A stretch of DNA of 64,000 bases from Callorhinchus milii (lineage: Eukaryota): positions 89,344,001 to 89,408,000 of the forward strand of contig NW_024704743.1 of the NCBI RefSeq assembly GCF_018977255.1, in the 5' to 3' direction. The position numbers and the translations under genes are program-made. Positions 62,061 through 64,000 of this stretch are shown here, in pieces; the first letter of the stretch is position 1, and every line of letters begins with the position of its first letter. The notes beneath the pieces were generated by a model that was not told where the DNA came from, ran no database searches, and saw nothing but the letters and a program-made list of their open reading frames with translations.

Positions 62061-63953
62061 AATATAAAGTGCAATGATGGGCACATTTCATATATGCTAA
62101 TAGATTTAATCAAGGAAATCTGGTTTAAGGAAAGTTTAAATTTTTGCTAACCCATCAGTTTTTGAAAAGCTTTCTGTACATTATCTATTGTCAGTAACAT
62201 TTCCAGTGCTGCACTTAGAAAACATAATGCCATGTACATGGAACAGTTGCCTACTGTGCATGGAGGTTAAAGTTCCGCATGTAGCTTTCAGCTAGCTTCT
62301 CTGAAACATCTGGCAAAACTCCAACCTAGCTCATAAACCCATGTTAATTGATTAAAGAGGTCCACTTGCATGTTTCATGTTTCCTTGTATTAAACTGGCC
62401 TGCACATAGTTCACCGTCATATGCAGCTCAAAGCTGTCACCCACAGGAGCGAGCATTTGAGAAACCCTGCGTGCCCAGTGAACTATGTCTTTGTCATTTA
62501 ATGTAGCTGTTTTCATTCTGCTAATTGAGCAATAGGATGAACATAAGGTATGGCCACTCAGCACTCAGAATTCTCTATGCAAAATCTGATTTAGGAGGAG
62601 GGTGCATAGAGAAGGATGCAGTGTCAGAGGAGGCTGAGGGTTCCCAAGGAGAAAGTCACTGACATGTTGACTGATGACTTAAGAGCTATGCAGTAATTAG
62701 AACAGTGCTGCAAATAGCTGGCAAGGTTACAGTTCCCTGCAATAACTACTTCAGCAACTCTTTTCAAACATGTGGTAAAGATATAACAGTAAAATGTTTC
62801 AGGAAGAAATAAAACATTGACCCATGTCCACCACCTATCCAGTTTCTTCCTAGATTCCTTCTTCAATTTATCTATCACAAAATCTGACAACCCTGAATCT
62901 CTTTCTAGGTGACAAGATTTTGCCTAATTCCTCTTTGAAATTGTTTGTTGTTACATGCTGTTGAGCATATGGCAGACTATCACCTGTGCTGATACTCCCT
63001 TCACCCTTTTGTTAAAAATAACTACCATGTTTCCTGTTTTTTTATGTCCATATTTTGAAGATTCTTATTTTTGGTTTATATATAGCAGAAAAACTTATTG
63101 GCATTCAAATTTTACAAACAGTTCATAATTGTTAATACCCCTATTAAGTTCCTTCTAATGCTTCAGAATGTAATAACAGTAATAATCCTTGCATTTGATA
63201 CAGCATCTTTCACGTGAGATAATGCCTCAAAATACTTCAAAGGATTTGCTGTAAACTTTAGTGATTTACTCTCAAGCATTCTGGTACACTCTCCTGCGTG
63301 AAGGGATTTTTATATAAATGCAAGTTGTTGTTGTTAGTGTATTTTCTGGGCAAATGCAGCAGCCTTTTTGCAGGAATAATTAACACATAATTAATAATTA
63401 CATGTTTAAATTTTCACCCCTTTTAAACAAAGATTTGAAGTGATATGGCAAAAAGGAAAGGAATTGAGACTAAACGATCTGGCAAAATCTAGATGGGATA
63501 GGATTAATAGGCTGAAAGACCTCTTCTTGGTCCTGTTTCCCACTTTTTTTATAAATTGAGCAGTTGGGTCAAGAAAAGACCGATGATTTTATTTTTAATG
63601 TAGGGAAATACAAAGAAATGTTTATTACAACAAGAAATCATAATTCTGTGTACAAAATGAAGGAGTGTCACTTGGTAGAGATGAAGAAGGAATAATTTTT
63701 TGTGTGTTATTCATTTGCTGAAGTTTTCATCTACTAGGCCCGAGGTCCTGGCCTCAATTGGGTGTCAGCTTGCCTCAGATGGCAGCACACTTGCCTCTGA
63801 ATCAGAGGTTGGGGATTCAAGTTAATTTCATCAGTCATGGTGTCATGGCAAAGGGCAAGCAGCAACCAACCGTGTTTTGGATGAAGAACAGGGACAGGTC
63901 TTGCCTTTCTATTTTTTTTCATGACATGCGCCAGAATTGCCGTTTTAAAAAAT

Positions 63954-64000
63954 CATAAGAACATAAGAAATAGGAGCAGGAGTAGACCATTCAGTCCCTC
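63954..64000 (-). mobile_element. CR1 3' terminus running off the window edge
   Basis: cataagaacataagaaataggagcaggagtagaccattcag octamer tail. Confidence 0.8.

Noticed and set aside
11350..64000. CNBD1 or other known neighbour exons; unique-sequence ORFs at 20583, 33935, 40749, 48552, 50391 and 62352
   Set aside because: No recognisable motifs or consistent splice chain by eye; small exons cannot be excluded without alignment.
1..64000. CRISPR array or other prokaryote-type system
   Set aside because: No regularly spaced repeat-spacer array; the recurring ~36-bp hairpin is the dispersed LINE/SINE tail in a spliced vertebrate locus.

Overview
Eukaryotic, repeat-rich vertebrate DNA. The repeat mix (L2 and CR1 LINEs, Deu-domain SINEs, a tRNA-derived SINE with a (TTA)n tail) suggests a cartilaginous fish, probably a chimaera; this is inference. 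The only confidently identified gene is the 3' end of MMP16 (MT3-MMP) on the + strand. It has three coding exons (1116-1266, 4560-4675, 7408-7742) and a ~3.6 kb 3' UTR poor in young retroelements that carries clustered miR-128/miR-27 seed sites. The remaining ~52 kb is mostly layered retroposon debris, and most ORF-track ORFs are LINE fragments or noise. Items worth follow-up: a 94-bp fold-back element (58228-58486); a 305-bp local duplication whose derived copy is bracketed by a 32-bp inverted repeat; a probable ancient CORE/AmnSINE2-like retroposon whose poly(A)-ended 3' half can be pieced together from several copies; a modular SINE sharing a compensated 3' stem-loop with L2; and a candidate unannotated minus-strand terminal exon (57125-57237). 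Repeat boundaries were read by eye and are approximate. Family names come from recalled consensus motifs, not database searches. No CRISPR array or prokaryote-type system is present.
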